Of a stretch of 64,000 bases of DNA, positions 26,315 through 40,697 are shown piece by piece. The position numbers were made by a program, and so were the translations under genes. Each line of letters opens with the position of its first letter. Position 1 is the first letter of the stretch. Origin of the DNA: Octopus sinensis (taxonomy: Eukaryota); the NCBI RefSeq assembly GCF_006345805.1, contig NC_043000.1, forward strand, positions 54,002,001 through 54,066,000, in the 5' to 3' direction. The notes under the pieces are model-generated. The model was given only the letters and a program-made list of their open reading frames with translations, searched no databases and was not told the origin of the DNA.

Positions 26315-26680
26315 AACACCACTACATCGCATATGAAAAATGACATCGTTTAAATGACAGCCATTTTCAGTTTTGCACACCCGTGCTCTTTCCGAAACTT
26401 GCACCATAACATCCTTAAGAGTTTCAGACGCCACTTGTCTTATTACTCTAGTGGCGTTCTCCTGAAGTTGCATCAGTGTCTCCTGTTTGTTGATGTAAAT
26501 CCTTTCTTCAGGTATCCTCGCAAGAAAAACTTCAGGCTAGTCAAGTCTGGGGAACGTGAAGGCCCGTCGACATTGCTGTAGCGGGAGATTATTCTCTCTC
26601 CAAAATACTGCCGTAGCAACTGCGTAGTTTCTCTTACGGTATGAGCAGTTGCCCCATCCTGCTGGAACCATGTGTGAGGC
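26315..26680 (-). mobile_element. Tc1/mariner transposase fragment, DD41D (rosa/VS-like)
   Basis: WFQQDGATAHT..YFGERIISR..GPSRSPDLTSLKFFLRGYLK..ENGCHLNDVIFH. There are 41 residues after the second D, and the third D position is mutated to K. Confidence 0.88.
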
Positions 26681-26714
26681 CTACGTTAAATACCCTGGCG
26701 AAAAAGGTCTCAAT

Positions 26715-27017
26715 CATAGATACCTGAAAAAGAGGGCTTACGTCAACAAACAGGAGACCTTGGTGCAACTGAAGCGAAACATCAAGAGAGAAATCAGAGA
26801 AGTGGAGTCTGAAAATCTTGAGGGTTTTACGATGCAAGTTTTGGAGAGAGTAAGCAATGTCATTTTTTATATGCAATGGCGTAGTGTTGCAACATTTGAC
26901 TTGTGCATATTAATTCGCATTATGTCCTTTATATTGTATCAAAATTTATGCATCTATTTGAAAAGTTAAGGAAGTTAATAAAATTTGAACCCCATCAGTG
27001 ACTTTTGGAAGGTCCTG
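26715..27017 (+). mobile_element. Second, inverted copy of the same transposase C-terminus with probable right terminus
   Basis: YLKKRAYVNKQETLVQLKRNIKREIREVESENL..VLER..NVIFY aligns with the minus-strand fragment. It ends ...ggtcctg followed by TA. Confidence 0.8.
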
Positions 27018-27090
27018 TATATATATATATATATATAAGTTCAGCAAAATTTAGATTCAAATGAATATGGTACTTAAGTTAGATGCACCA

Positions 27091-27537
27091 GAATTATGTA
27101 TGGTGTTATCCATATAAATCCATGGGGTGTTTATAATCAAAATAAGCAACAAGAATAACTTCGGTAATTTGGTAAGATCGTTTCGCACTACATCATTTTA
27201 TTAAATGTTGTAAGTATTACAACAGTTTTAAAATGCTGAGCACTCATCATCCATTAATAGAGGTCTTCCATTAATACATGATTTTCATATTAAGTGATAA
27301 CATTATAGAGAAGGTAGATATATAGACAAAGATGTGGATTTAAATTTTAAGAACATTTGAGGTAGTGAAGGTTATCAACTGACTGACTAAAATTCAGTTG
27401 CTCCGAACAACTGTAAGGTTCTGAGAGGAATGGACGAGTGAAAGGAGACAAGAAAGATTTTATATTTATAGTTATTCCTGTTGCTTATTTTGATTATAAT
27501 CACCTCATGGATTTATATGGATAACACCATATAAATT
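27091..27537. repeat. ~68-bp inverted repeat arms
   Basis: 27091-27160 pairs with 27470-27537, with few mismatches. Confidence 0.85.
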
Positions 27538-28019
27538 GATAAATAAATAAATAAATATGGGTGATGTGTATCTATAGACGAAGGAGTATTGTTGCTTTTG
27601 ATGTTGGAGCGTCCTGTGCTTTGATCAACTGGATGATATAATCATACAAACAAAACAGAGATGTCTGAGTACTCCGCAAACACTTTTACCCTTAACATAA
27701 TTCAGGAACAAAATCGCCATTATAAATTTATACAAGATGGTTACTCCTAAATTAGAGACACATTCCATCAGAAGGTCTTTCACAGTTTTCTCCACTATTC
27801 TTATGAGACTTGAGACTGTTATAAACACTTTGTCATAGCTGCTTTAAAATGCACTTGAAGGTAATTTTCACGCTGGTATCTCCTTAAAGTTCCTTCTTTG
27901 CTATTGTAATATATATACATAAATGCATTTATATACACAAGCAGAAGAAGTATATAATATCTATCTATCTATATGTGTGTGTGTGCATGCACGTTTGTGT
28001 GTATACGCGTATAAAGATA

Positions 28020-28051
<32 letters not shown>

Positions 28052-29119
28052 AACCGATGTCATATGTGTCAGCATTGAATATAATATATACGTGTAAATT
28101 CCTAGATACAGATATGTGTGTACATCTGTATATGTCTCCGTCTGTGTGCTATGAGACGGTGAGATTTGATTCATCGTATTAAATACATTATTAAATACAT
28201 TTTATATCTGTTCTATACTACACGCTGACAACTAACGTTAATGATATCTTCTTTGTAAGTAGTGAAATGACAGGGATTGCCAGGAACCATCAATTCACTT
28301 TATAGAAATTAAGTAAGCCTACTTTCAACCAATTTGTCATTTATTCCCAATGATGAAACCTTTAATAAGGTTGTCAAATTTATTATGTTATTTTCGTGTT
28401 CGGATTTATATATTAGTTTTGAATGATTCGAAATATAACAGATTATATCTAAACATTTCCAGCCGCAAATCCAAATTATTTTCTGAAATACGAGTCTTTT
28501 TTACTTTCTAGTTTTAAATTTAGATCGTACATTTGTTTTTGTTATTTGTGCAGTGATTTTTGTCTCTGATGCATCAAAGGAACCTCTATGAGTTCACTCA
28601 CATTTTTGAATTTTCAATTAGTTTACATTCTGTATTTTTATCGTTTAAAATGGAAACATTCGATAATATATTGCTATATACTGAATACTAAAGAAAGGAT
28701 GAAAACAATTGGATCAGAGAAGGTCTTGATCAAATTTTACACGGAAAGAAACGACAATCATTATATTAGATAATACCGTAGATTATGCTAGACATTGTGG
28801 GTACAATTAAAATGAAGGCAAGCCTCGCAATATCTCCCAACAGCTCTTCTTGCCTTGGGAGGCAAATGTTTACACAAGCGTGGTAATTGTTAAGGTATTT
28901 CTCTTAACATGAAAATAATGGTAACTTTGACCCATAAATAAAGAAGTTTTACACAATGACATTATTCGATAGTAGCATATATATATATATCATCAGGTGT
29001 GTGCTTTTTAAGTGAAAAACCAATGACCAGGCTCAACAATCTAATTCCAAGTATATATATATGCATACTACCCTCTATTGTCAACGCCACCGATGTTATC
29101 CAAGCAAAGGCTGACATAG

Positions 29120-29245
29120 CTTAGCACCATGACGTCCCAACTCATTTCTACAACTGAATGAATTGGAGCACTGGCTGGTCCGGAATCGAACTCTCTACAA
29201 CATGATTGTGAGCCCAACACTTTAACCACTGAACCATTTGCCTTC
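29120..29245 (-). mobile_element. SINE family B, degenerate
   Basis: Minus strand has tggttcagtggttaaagtg, gagttcgattcc and gctccaattcattcagttg. Confidence 0.7.
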
Positions 29246-29267
29246 ACACACACACACACACACACAC

Positions 29268-29334
<67 letters not shown>

Positions 29335-30321
29335 GAGAGAGAGAGAGAGAGATAAAGAGAGGAAAAGAAAATGGAGGAAAATAACAATAAGAAGTGTGTC
29401 TTTTGCGCAATGAAGCCATTATTTAATTAGTAACGAAACGTGAGATTAAGAGTGAGTTTACGGTCGTTTCTGTATTCCATGGTGAGGAAAATATATATTT
29501 ATATTTTTGCCTCGTTGTGAATGGTAGACATCATCAGAACTAAGAAGTCAGAGGTAGAGAAAAGAGCGAAAAGTAGAGCGATACATCGGAAAAGAATATG
29601 ATCAAATTTTCGAAAGTCTTATATTTTTGTTAGGTTCGCAGTTTGTTTAGTTTTTTGTGAGGTGGAAGAAGAGTAGAAATTAGTTGAATCTGTGGTCTCA
29701 TAATTATTTAATAACATGGCTTCCACGTGTCTGTGACTTCTGGGGTTTCTCCACCGGTGAAATGTAAAGGAGTGAACTGTAATTAGGGACAATTTGTGAT
29801 TTTGTAATTTTGTGTGGCTATTCGTGTTTTATTTATAGTATTTATAGCTTTGTTTTCTAGCAAATGCAGGTGTTGTTTTGCACCGTTAACTATGAATTTT
29901 GCGTTTTGGATTTTAATTACTATACCCACCTATATTATAATGTATGTAATATATCATAATATATTAATATACTATTATAATATATTATTGTAGTTTTTTA
30001 GCTCTTGGTGTTAGACAGTTTCTTTATTCTCTCAAGAGCTAATGGAAAGTAAGCTATCTCGTTAACCCGGAGTGAATTGTGGCAACCACTGACGAGAAAC
30101 AAGACCATGTTGGTTAACTATCGAAATCAGGTGATAGGCTTTTATCAAACTACTTCATTCTGTGAGTTTATCGCGTCGAAGAAAGATAATGTGGCTTGCT
30201 GCTCGTAGTCTCTGAATATCTCATAACACTGGAGATTTTGTGTGGCTCATCGAATTATATTCTTTACCTCTCAATTCTAGGAATTACAGGGACTATTTTG
30301 CACCTTTATTGTTGAATTTTG

Positions 30322-30393
<72 letters not shown>

Positions 30394-31599
30394 CGTATAA
30401 ATATGGCAACTTTTTAATTTTACCCTCTATCAGCTTACTGTTTATGGATTCAATCTTTTACGCGACTCCAAATATATTGGTGCAACAATACACCGAGGAG
30501 GTCTGACACTGTGATGACAAGACACAAATGACTGGAAAACAGCATGCAGCTTAATCTAGCAAGTTGGGTGTAGAAAATGCAACGTTTGCTTAAGGCTGTC
30601 GGTTAATAGACAAAAGTAAGATCCATCTACGATAGAATTTTAACATTACCCTTTTACAGTAGTCAATCGCTATGAATGTATTAAACAACAACACAGAAAT
30701 AGAATACATTAAACAAGAAAACAAACGAGTTTACACAATAACGACTGAGAAGAATAAGCGTGTAGATGTTAAGGTTGTATGGTTGCTATGTAATACTATA
30801 GCCATGTGTTAGATTTCTTCGTCCAGTGAAACAAGATCATATATGTTCACAATAATCCACGATGCCATCTGTATCAAACTATCTCCATATTGCACGTTTC
30901 CCTTAATATGACTTTCGAAGATGTTTTTCTATCTCATTTTATTTCTTAAAATGAAGTGTCAATAACACTTGTAAATTTTGTCTTTAAAAGAATACCTTTT
31001 ATAGATTTATTACACCTTTGCGTTTACAAGAGGAATGCTTCGCGTTTCTGAATATTAGATATGTTGGGCAGGGACTTCCTTCTTATTTGTAGTATATTCT
31101 GAATATAAATATTTATAAAACGCGAAGTGTAGCAAACAAAATTTCTGCAGGCTAGGATTTTAAACGTAAAAAGCGATATACTGGAGACAGTGGAGATGTG
31201 TTTGAATTTAGCGAAACAGAAATGAGATAACAATTCAGCTAAAGTATAGCTTTAATAGTGAAATTTGTTGAATTATCAAATATTTAAGGATTTTGTTTAA
31301 GCCAGTTAATTCAATTTATTTACATTCTCCTTAAATAATTAATTTTGTTTGAAAGTTACAAGATCCTATTAAATCGTGTATAACTCTTAATTAAATAATG
31401 ATAAAGGAGGATAATACTTTGTCTCGCATTAGTTATCTAAAAGTTGAACAATAGTCGGTAGACTATTATACAGGAGACATTAGCTTCTCAGAAAGAGATA
31501 TCTGAGGTAGTTGCAGGAAACCGAAAAAGTTAGCTTTATTTTGTTCATGAAGAAGTGGAATCCAATATTTCTTTGTAACATTACATAAACAGATTCTGC

Positions 31600-31990
31600 G
31601 AACAAATACCAGTTGGATCGATTTTGCTTTCATCTTTTCTGGGTCGCTAAAAGAAGTTGAACACTGGAGTCGATGTAATTGACTTATCCCCTCCACACGA
31701 AGGTGCTGGTCATGTGACAATCTTTTTAACCAATATTTGTTTCAAAATTTAAGCCCAAGGTGGCGAGCTGGCGCGCCGGACAAATCTTGGCGGTATTTTG
31801 TCCGTCTTTACGTTCTCAGCTGAAATTTTGCCGAGGTTCACTTTATTTTCATCTTTTGGTATCGATAAAATAAGTATCAGTCGAACACTGGGTTCGGTAT
31901 AATGGGCTTACACCCTCACCATAATTATTGTTCATGTGCCAAAATTTGAAACCAATATTAGTTACTTAAAGTAAGGCAATGATCTGGCAG
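31600..31990 (+). mobile_element. Head-to-tail SINE family A copies
   Basis: A partial copy, then aaggtggcgagctggc.. at 31757, then a further head aaggcaatgatctggcag at ~31973. Confidence 0.75.
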
Positions 31991-33439
31991 TGTAGTTAGC
32001 CTCCACATTATTAAGGATATCTCATCCGACCCAGAAGTTGTCTTAGTACGGAATTTCTGCTGACCTTACAAAGGCTAATGTGTGTTTTCTACAGATTAAT
32101 AAACCCGTATGTTGGACAGTTCATTAAGCTACAGAAACATCATAGAAAAACCCTAACTATTCGCTAATTAGTTTTCTAATACCACAAAAATACCAGCGAA
32201 CTATGGTTTATATTTCCCTTACAAAACTCTGGTAATAAAAAGTATCAATTTGTATAATTCTTTCACCCATCCCACTTAGTGCAATTATTTATGGTTCCTA
32301 CCTTAATCAAATTATAAGGTGAGTAATAAATTCTCCAATCCATGTATTCTAGAAACATTTCCCCCTGTGGCACATTCTGCAGTCTTCTACTTTCAATGCA
32401 TTCACGGCCTTGAGTACACTTATCTTAAAGCTTCGAAGGAGGTATCTTATTACTGTTTGTTTCTTCTGACTAGCAAATAGTAATTTACATGTAGTCGGCT
32501 TGGAATGTACTTTCTAAACGGTATATCATACTACAATCAATCATCCTAACAGCTTCTTATCGTTTGTAAATCGGCTCTTAGATAACTCTCACACAGTGAG
32601 CTTTTTTTCTTTCCATTAATACGTCTGTAACAGACCATCTTTGATTTGAGCCAAAGAGTGGGATCCTCTTCGTGTATTTTGTTTCGTTCTTCGGCCATAT
32701 AATTTTCAATGTAATGCGCTACCACAGTTGTTCAGCAATAAAGTTTAGATAATATATTCGGTAATTGTAGTGAATAATAAAACGTAGAATGATTTATGTT
32801 TTCTCGTCAAATTCTACATCTAGAGTGACATCTTAATTGACCGAACTGAGAAATAATTAGCTCAATAATAAGGATCGGTAATAAATAAGATCTCGTTAAT
32901 TTTGACTCTTTTAATTTCATTGTGATACAACTGAGACATAAGGTTTTGTGTTCATCATTATACTTTATATATTCACTTGATTGATTGGTATTTTATCAAA
33001 TAGTACATAATTATCAATGTAAAAGGGAAGATAACCAATGTAAATTATAAGCCTTATTTGTAACTTACCAGCTCACTGAACATTACTATCATATAAGGAA
33101 ACAATTGTTTTAGTTGAACCTTGATGTTAGTTTTGAAATATATTTTACGAATTCCTTATGCTTTAATGGTTCATGTACCATAATTTACATCTTAGTTTCG
33201 AATTTTTACAGATAAATGATCTGATAAGATGCTAGACTAAAGGCAAACGGTTCTTTTCATGCATTATTATATTATAATTGGAGTGCTCATCTTAATTTTG
33301 AAAATCAAACATTACTTGGCTGTTGTATCTTCCGGCCATCTTCAGGTGTTTGTCTCACTCTGTGACAGCCCTTCCAACAGAAAACCTTTTCAATCTCTCT
33401 TAGAATTTATTACTCTGCTAGCGGAGAAATTGTAGAAAT

Positions 33440-33905
33440 GAGTTCAAGTCACGCCGGGTTCAACTTTGCCTTTCACTCTATCGGGATAAATAATGTAGTG
33501 AAAAAGTTGGGTCCATGTTATCGACTCAGAGTCTCCACCGAAATTTTAAGCCTTGTGCCTTTAATGGAAAAAATTGTTCTCGTTCTTATTATTTGATGTT
33601 AACTCTCAGCAGATTTTGCTGGGTATGATGGAGAGTGTCAGCTGTCCACAGCCAGCAGACTATGGTGACACTTGCTTACTGGTCATTATTATCAACATCA
33701 TTACAAAGACGGCGAGCTGGTAGAACCATTAGCACGATGCGCGAAGTGCTTAGCTGTATATCGTTGTTGCTACGTTCTGAGTTTAAATTCCGCCGAGGTC
33801 GACTTTCTCTTTCAGCCTTTCGGGTTCGATATAATCGACTGGTCTCCTCCTGCCAAATTTCAGGCCTTGTGCCTGAAGTAGAAAGGATTATTATTATCAT
33901 TACTA
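33440..33905 (+). mobile_element. Two SINE family A copies (33440-33575 and 33706-33905)
   Basis: gagttcaagtc..caactttgcctttca; then ggcgagctggtagaaccattagcacg..gagtttaaattccgccgaggtcgacttt with an ATT tail. Confidence 0.85.
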
Positions 33906-34749
33906 GCGGGACCCATGGAAATTCCACGGATTGGTAAAACCTAAGAGGACATGTTTAAGAAAGAAAGGATGATTTGCATTTTTAGCTTTCTTAAAATATT
34001 CTTGACCTTCATCTACATTCATTTCCTCGTGTCCCTTTCGGTGTCGCCTTTTTCCTCTTTATATTATATTTTCTCACTGTTCCTCTTAACTCCGCGCTCT
34101 CTATATGCGCATCCTTTCTCGGGAAGCTTGCAACCGTTTTTCTTGTGAATTCAGCATTTAAGCTAAATTAACCCTTATAAACAAAGATTTTTTTAAAGCG
34201 AGCAGGCGATAAATAGTAGCACTCATGCGTATGCTATGGTCGCTTAAAAAATACTTCAATAAAAAAAATACTTTTTGATATCAGCACACCACCGCTATCA
34301 ATGCCATCTGCCCCCCTCTATCTGTCTGTCTGTCTGTTTGTCTCTCTCTCTGTCTCACTCTCGCTCGATATAACTGTACCTTTCTCTTCAGCTAACTTTT
34401 TAACCACGTAATAAGTATTATTTCTCCACCGCAACGCACATCGTTAAGACTACTCTCTCCCGGTTTTTCTCTCGTCGTCTTTTTCTATCAGCTGAACACG
34501 TGAACATTTTACCTAAGTGTATTAATATTAATCCAATTTCTCTACTTCTTCCCCTCTTCTTTCTTCACTCCATCCTCTCTCTCTCTCACTCTTACTCCAC
34601 TTCTCACATACTCCTCCTTTACCTCGCTTAATGTATAACGGGAAAACGAACAAGCAGGTTATTATATAGATTGTTATTTTGGTTTGGCTTTGGTTCGGTT
34701 TTATTCCTGGTAGAATTTAACTGTGTAGCGGGTTACTAGCTATAATCTT

Positions 34750-35100
34750 AGGTAGCCACAAGTTTCCATGTTTCTTTCAAGTGCGTGCTCAGAACACTCC
34801 TGATAATCCTTGCTATCCCTAAGGGACAAATTTTCTATTGCAACTCTACCGGGGATTCTATTCAAATCTCATTAAGTATATATCTTTGCTAAGTGTCCCC
34901 AACATACCAATTATTATAGGCTCAGAATTTACTGTTCTCATCCACCAATTCCCTACTATTTTAGTTTATAAGGGATCATATTTTTTCATTCTCTTACTTT
35001 ACGATTCTGGAATCAAACGGGTATGATCAGTAAGCAACTTAGCTTTTCCTTATCTAAAATTGTTATGTCTGGTCTATTGTTTTCGAACAGCCATCTTTTT
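34750..35100 (-). mobile_element. R4/Dong-like non-LTR retrotransposon, restriction-like endonuclease C-terminal fragment
   Basis: Across frameshifts: NRPDITI, YPFDSRIV, KYDPL, PIIIGMLGTL and LGIARIIRSVL. Confidence 0.65.
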
Positions 35101-35369
35101 TCTCTGTCTGTCTTATATTCAATATCCCTGTGAAATTTTCCATTCTTTTCTTTACCCACCTATTTTCAGTTTCAATCGTTTTGTACGGTGCTTTATCTTT
35201 GAAATCTTTCATCGTACACAAGCCTGACCTTCTTACTTCTAATAATAGCGGCTCTGTGACATTTTTTCATATCATGCTATGTTGTTTCCTTCTGTTTTAA
35301 TGCTGCGTTCACATTCAATAAGTCCCCATCCACACCTCTTTTTCTTGGTACATATAGTCTGTCTGTGTC

Positions 35370-35495
35370 ACTTTGCAAACCCTTGCTAACAGTTCTACTG
35401 GACACTTTATTCCAATCGCCTTTATGCACTCCTTAATACCTTCTGATACTGTTCTCAAGAACACAATAATAATTGGCACTAACTTCATCTTCTTC
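35370..35495 (-). mobile_element. Second R4-like C-terminal fragment
   Basis: KLVPIIIVFLRTVSEGIKECIKAIGIKCPVELLARVC parallels the fragment at 34750-35100. Confidence 0.55.
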
Positions 35496-35499
35496 ATTT

Positions 35500-35565
35500 T
35501 GGTGGTGGTGGTGGTGGTGGTGGTGATAGTAGTAGTATTAGTAGTAGTAATAGTAGTAGTAGTAA

Positions 35566-35625
<60 letters not shown>

Positions 35626-35653
35626 AGTAGTAGTAGTAGTAGTAGTAGTAGTA
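35500..35653. repeat. (GGT)n(AGT)n microsatellite
   Basis: Directly visible. Confidence 0.97.
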
Positions 35654-36189
35654 GCGGCTGCAGTAGCATATTTGCACTAAGTACATTTTCATAGAATAAA
35701 AAATATACTTAAGCTTGATATGCATGTAAGGACTAACAAAATAAGATTATATTAAATAGATGTGAACTCTTGAGACGTTATTCAGCAAATAAGGGAAGTT
35801 AACATTTTTATAAACACTTTGTTAGCCGAACGAACGATAATAAATTACAAAATGATTATTTAGAAAAATATAATTATAAAGGTTAAAGAATTAACAGTAT
35901 TTAGAATATCCCACTGATAGACGAATGCGAAGTTCCAAAACATGCTGGTCCAGAATAACCTTTGATTCGGTTCGCCTCTCACTCATTGTAATGAAACTGC
36001 GAGCATATGAAAATATATTCCCGTGAAACTTCTTTTAAGGCGATGGTAATATCTGTACACGTCCTCAGCGTCCTACTTTATATTGCTATTAATCATCCTA
36101 GTAGTTGCTTCTCTTTCGTAAATCAGCTATTAGCTTTCTTTCATATACAGTAAGCCGTTCCGTAAGCACGTTTCTAAACAGTCATTTAC

Positions 36190-36400
36190 TATCGGTGGGT
36201 CACATGTTGTTTCTTTGGACTGAGTAGCGAGGTCATCTTCGTGTATTTTGCTTTCGCCCTTCGACCATATTTTGGTCTATGTAACGGACTGACACAGTTG
36301 TCCAGCCTTAAAATGCTCCACATCATCGCTAGGGGACTGGAGATTGGGCTTCGATATTTTAGCTTCTGAGTGTGAACACAAACCCTTCTCATCTTCTATT
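36190..36400 (-). mobile_element. Dispersed repeat, possibly a LINE 3' fragment; homolog at ~32650-32750
   Basis: cttcgtgtattttg..ttcg..cttcg.ccatat..atgtaa.g..acagttgt.cagc occurs at both sites. Confidence 0.5.
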
Positions 36401-38303
36401 TCAGGAATTCTGACTGTTGGTGTAGATGAAACATCAGCATCTGGGATCTGTTAGTGGCTACATTTGTGCGTTTTATTTCCCCAGAAGGTGAAAAAAAATC
36501 TTCTAAAATAATATTCCATTTTTCTAAAGAAAAATTAAGAGATAAAACGTTTCTTATAAGCATGCATGAATGGAAAGAAATCTGAAATGTAAGTAAGATA
36601 GATGCTAATACATTTATGTATTTGCTTATGTCTGCAATCAACAAATAAACGTGCACAATCATATTTGGACACACACATATAAACACGCAAACATACCCAC
36701 AAATAGCAGCAAGCACACACACACACACTCATATATATATATATATGATCACACACACAGACACACACACATATATCAGACCAACATCGATGGAACAAAT
36801 TGGAATCCCTCTGTGCAGTTGCTAAATTTGTTATGAATAGCAGAGAAATTAACATCCAAACACAATCTACCAATAAAACGACCAGCCACTGGGTGATATA
36901 ATCATTCAAACACGGAAAAATAGATGGAATGCCCATGGATAGAGTAACATTGATTATAAAATTACTCTATCGGGTTTTGACATTAACTTGCAGCTGTTTG
37001 AGCTGATCGTATTACGTACTGTAGGTTCTGCTTCAGTAATTCGTTGTGCTGCGATCAGGATAAATATACATAACGTCACTCTCTCGGTATAACATTTTAA
37101 CTGGAAATAGATCAGTACAACTGGAAAGAGAAGTTTCTCACAGTAAGTAAGAGAAATAGCAAAGGAGAGATAAAGGATTCAATACGAGGCTATCGCACCA
37201 GTTATTAATACCTCAGCTGTTCACAAAACGCACTCCGCTCACTTCATTTAAAAGTATGTATGAGACACAAAGTCACCTTTCTGAAAAAAGAGCACTATTA
37301 ACCACAAGCCAACTTGGTCGCGGCTTAGACAGGGATATACATCATAAGTAAAATAAACATCAATAACGATAATAAACGCTGCAATAACTACGGGAAAGCA
37401 AATCGGTAATAATAGATAAAACTGACTATAAATTTCAAAAAAATTTCCAAATCACTCCTTGGTTAGAGGAACAGATTTTAATCTAGGCGATAGATATTTT
37501 TCGATGTAGACGTCTACAATTCTGACTCTCAATCTTACACTGAGTTATGAAACATGGAACCAAATAGATTTGACTCAATCATAATATTCAAATCATTATA
37601 TTTCATATGAAGGATAGTAGTTAAACTTATGCCTAATTGTGCTTACGGCATTAATTACCTTTGACAGCAAATTTGATCAAATATATAGTTTGCCAGATCT
37701 AACGAAAGAGAAAAATGAAATATTTTCTATATCAACATATTTATTGAATGAGAGAATGTTTAACTAAATGCTTAAAAAAAATTACTTCGAAATATAAACA
37801 ACTTATATACAAAAGTAAGAAGGGAAATGAAATTGCCAGATTAATTCTAAATCTGTAATTATGCTAAGTGATAGAAAATCACGACTATATATTAAGTATT
37901 TGACTTGGATATTCAAAGATAACGAAATTATATGCATACATACATACAGGCATGTTTTAAAAATATGTACGTATCAATGCATATATACATAAATATATAT
38001 ATGTATATTTATGTGTATGTATATATATAAGAATCAAAAGAGGAATTATATACCCTACAGCTATTTTAATGTTAAAAGGAAACCAATAATTACAAGACGA
38101 ATTGCAATATTTTTCATGTTGTGTCAATTAAAGTTAATATCAAAATAACTTGCAGGAAAGATATTTCAAATAACACGATATCCTTAATTGAGATGGCAAA
38201 GTGATTTTTGCTTTATAGATATTATGCATCATTAACATATACATACATACATACATACATAAATACATACATACATGCATACATACATACATACATACAT
38301 ACA

Positions 38304-38371
<68 letters not shown>

Positions 38372-38746
38372 ATTATATATATATATATATGCTTATTTAT
38401 GCTTATTTATGTATATATGTGTGTCTAATACGCATGCACACCTTCTCACTCCCGGACAGATGCAGCACTATGAAAGCACATACAAAATATTATACACATA
38501 TGGGCGCATTAATATATATTAGCGTACGTATGCTATTTGAAGTTTGTCTTGTAAGAAAAAAAAATTGTGGCTGGAGAGCAGCAGTATAAGATGAATATAT
38601 TGGTTTTTATGATATATGTTCGTATGAACCATTTCTATATTAAAATATTAACCGCAATGGACATATAATGAAAATAGGCTGTTATTTCAAATATACTTGC
38701 TAAACAGCGCAGAAATTATACATACAAAACTTACCTGCCCACAAAT

Positions 38747-38809
<63 letters not shown>

Positions 38810-38978
38810 TCAATATAGGGTGGCAAAAAAAGTTTTGTAGAATTTTTTTGCCACCAGCGGCCTAGTGGGAAAAAGTTAAATAGTCATAGACCATTTTTAT
38901 TTGCGGTTGAAGCTTTGGCTGTTATTTCTAGTGGGTGAATGGCCTATTATGGCCGTTCCTTGATTGTTGATATATATA

Positions 38979-39011
<33 letters not shown>

Positions 39012-40655
39012 GGTGTGTGTACGTGATTATGTGTGCATGTATGTGTATAAGTGTGTGTGTTCGTGTGTATGTGTTTGTGTGACTATATATGTGTGTGCGT
39101 AAGTGTGTATGCCCGTGCATTCATACATATATACATACTAACATTTAAAGTTGTAAATAATGATTAAAAAATAAGATTTAACATTAGTACATCTACTGAT
39201 CAATGGTTATAGCAAACGATATCAGGAAATATGGAAAATATCCTTTAATTTTTGGCAAGACGAAGTGGCTAAATCATAGAACTTAATCACAATTTCACTG
39301 ATGTTTGTGATTCTGAAGTTCTTATGGCGCTTTTGTTTGCAATACTAAGGTTCCATACCCTGTTTTAGAGGGTTTCTAAAAATAATCTCTCTTCCAGTTG
39401 TTTTCCTCCACTTATTATACATATATAATCGGGTACATACATTGTCATTCGGAAAAAAAGGCTGTCCTGGAATCAATATAGAGATATCTCCTGTTATTGA
39501 ATACCTACGCATACAGATCAAGAATACTGGAGCAAAAATAACGGCAGCAAAAATTAATACTTTAAATTAGTGCTGAAAAGTGAAGAGAACAATATCCTAT
39601 ATATGATCAGCGAGCAGTTCAGGAAACATTATCTTTCTGATGACCACCTTTAGAACCACAAACAGGCAGATTAACAAGTTCAAAGAAATCATGGATGTAA
39701 AACGCTCAGAAAAAGAGTCTGGTATGGGTATGTTTCCCGAAGACATGAAGACAGTAATCTTAATCTCGTAAACGCCACTTCACATAGCTCTTGGAATGCT
39801 ACACCGGTAGATAACGGCACATGTTTTTGGAAAATATAGCATCCGGGATTAGTAACTGCCCAAAAATGTCATCAGGCTCTTATATTTTCTTGGGGCCGGC
39901 GAAACTGAATCAGTCTCGAGTGTAACCGGCTGAAACTGCAGGGCAGATCTGGAACTCGACTGACGGTAGAAAGCTCTGAATGACCCATCCTTGTTTTTCC
40001 CTCTCCATCGTTCAATCGTCTTACTGTCCGGATGTTATATTGTCATCTGTTCCGTCCTTCTTCCCTTTTTTATATATACATAAAGCGACGTACGCACACT
40101 TTGATCTCTTTGTATTAAGTATATTATCTAAGTTCTGTACGACTCGTTTACTCTTTCTTTTAGTATTCCTCATAATTTCTCCTTTTATTCCTCTTTTCTC
40201 GTTCCCACTCTCTCACACTTCTTGTCCTTCTCTTCATTCTCATCACTTTCCCTCCTCTTTTACCTCCCTTGTACTTTCTCTATTACTCTTTCCTTTCTTT
40301 CTCGTCTCTCCCTAATTCTTCAAACTCTCTGCCCCTATCTCTCCCCTCTCCTTCCATGTGACCGGTGTTCGGGCAAGCCTGGCCTTTCTTCCATCTGTGT
40401 AGCATCTCTTACATGCCTGCTGCATGAGTTTCAACTCTTATGTTCCTGCCTTAAGGTATCACTCCATACACGCTATCTTTGTTCGTTTTTATTAGTCGAA
40501 AGGCGCCTGTTGTTATTGCCTGTTGTTTTTATTTGTAATTGTGTTACATTTCGATGTTTTTTTCGTCTTTGGTTACCTGGTTTCAGTGATTATACATCGG
40601 TAAATATAAGCCTTCGAACAGAGACGTCAGTGGCGACACCTGCGGGTCTGACTGC

Positions 40656-40697
40656 GCTACATTGACAAGGGGCAATACCCCGAAACGCGTCTGTAGC
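40656..40697 (+). ncRNA. Minimal type I hammerhead ribozyme (PLE-type), core mutated
   Basis: gctaca-TTGACAA-gggg caata cccc-GAAA-cgcg-TC-tgtagc: perfect stems I and II, palindromic stem III and a GUC site. Confidence 0.8.

Noticed and set aside
38819-38855. Terminator-like hairpin ggtggcaaaaaaa/tttttttgccacc
   Set aside because: Eukaryotic context; more likely a transposon TIR fragment, and too short to call.
39560-39850. Third R4-like endonuclease fragment
   Set aside because: Only a vague resemblance; too degenerate to support.
39980-40665. Hydrophobic ORFs of 111 and 147 aa
   Set aside because: They derive from a low-complexity CT-rich tract within a repeat element.
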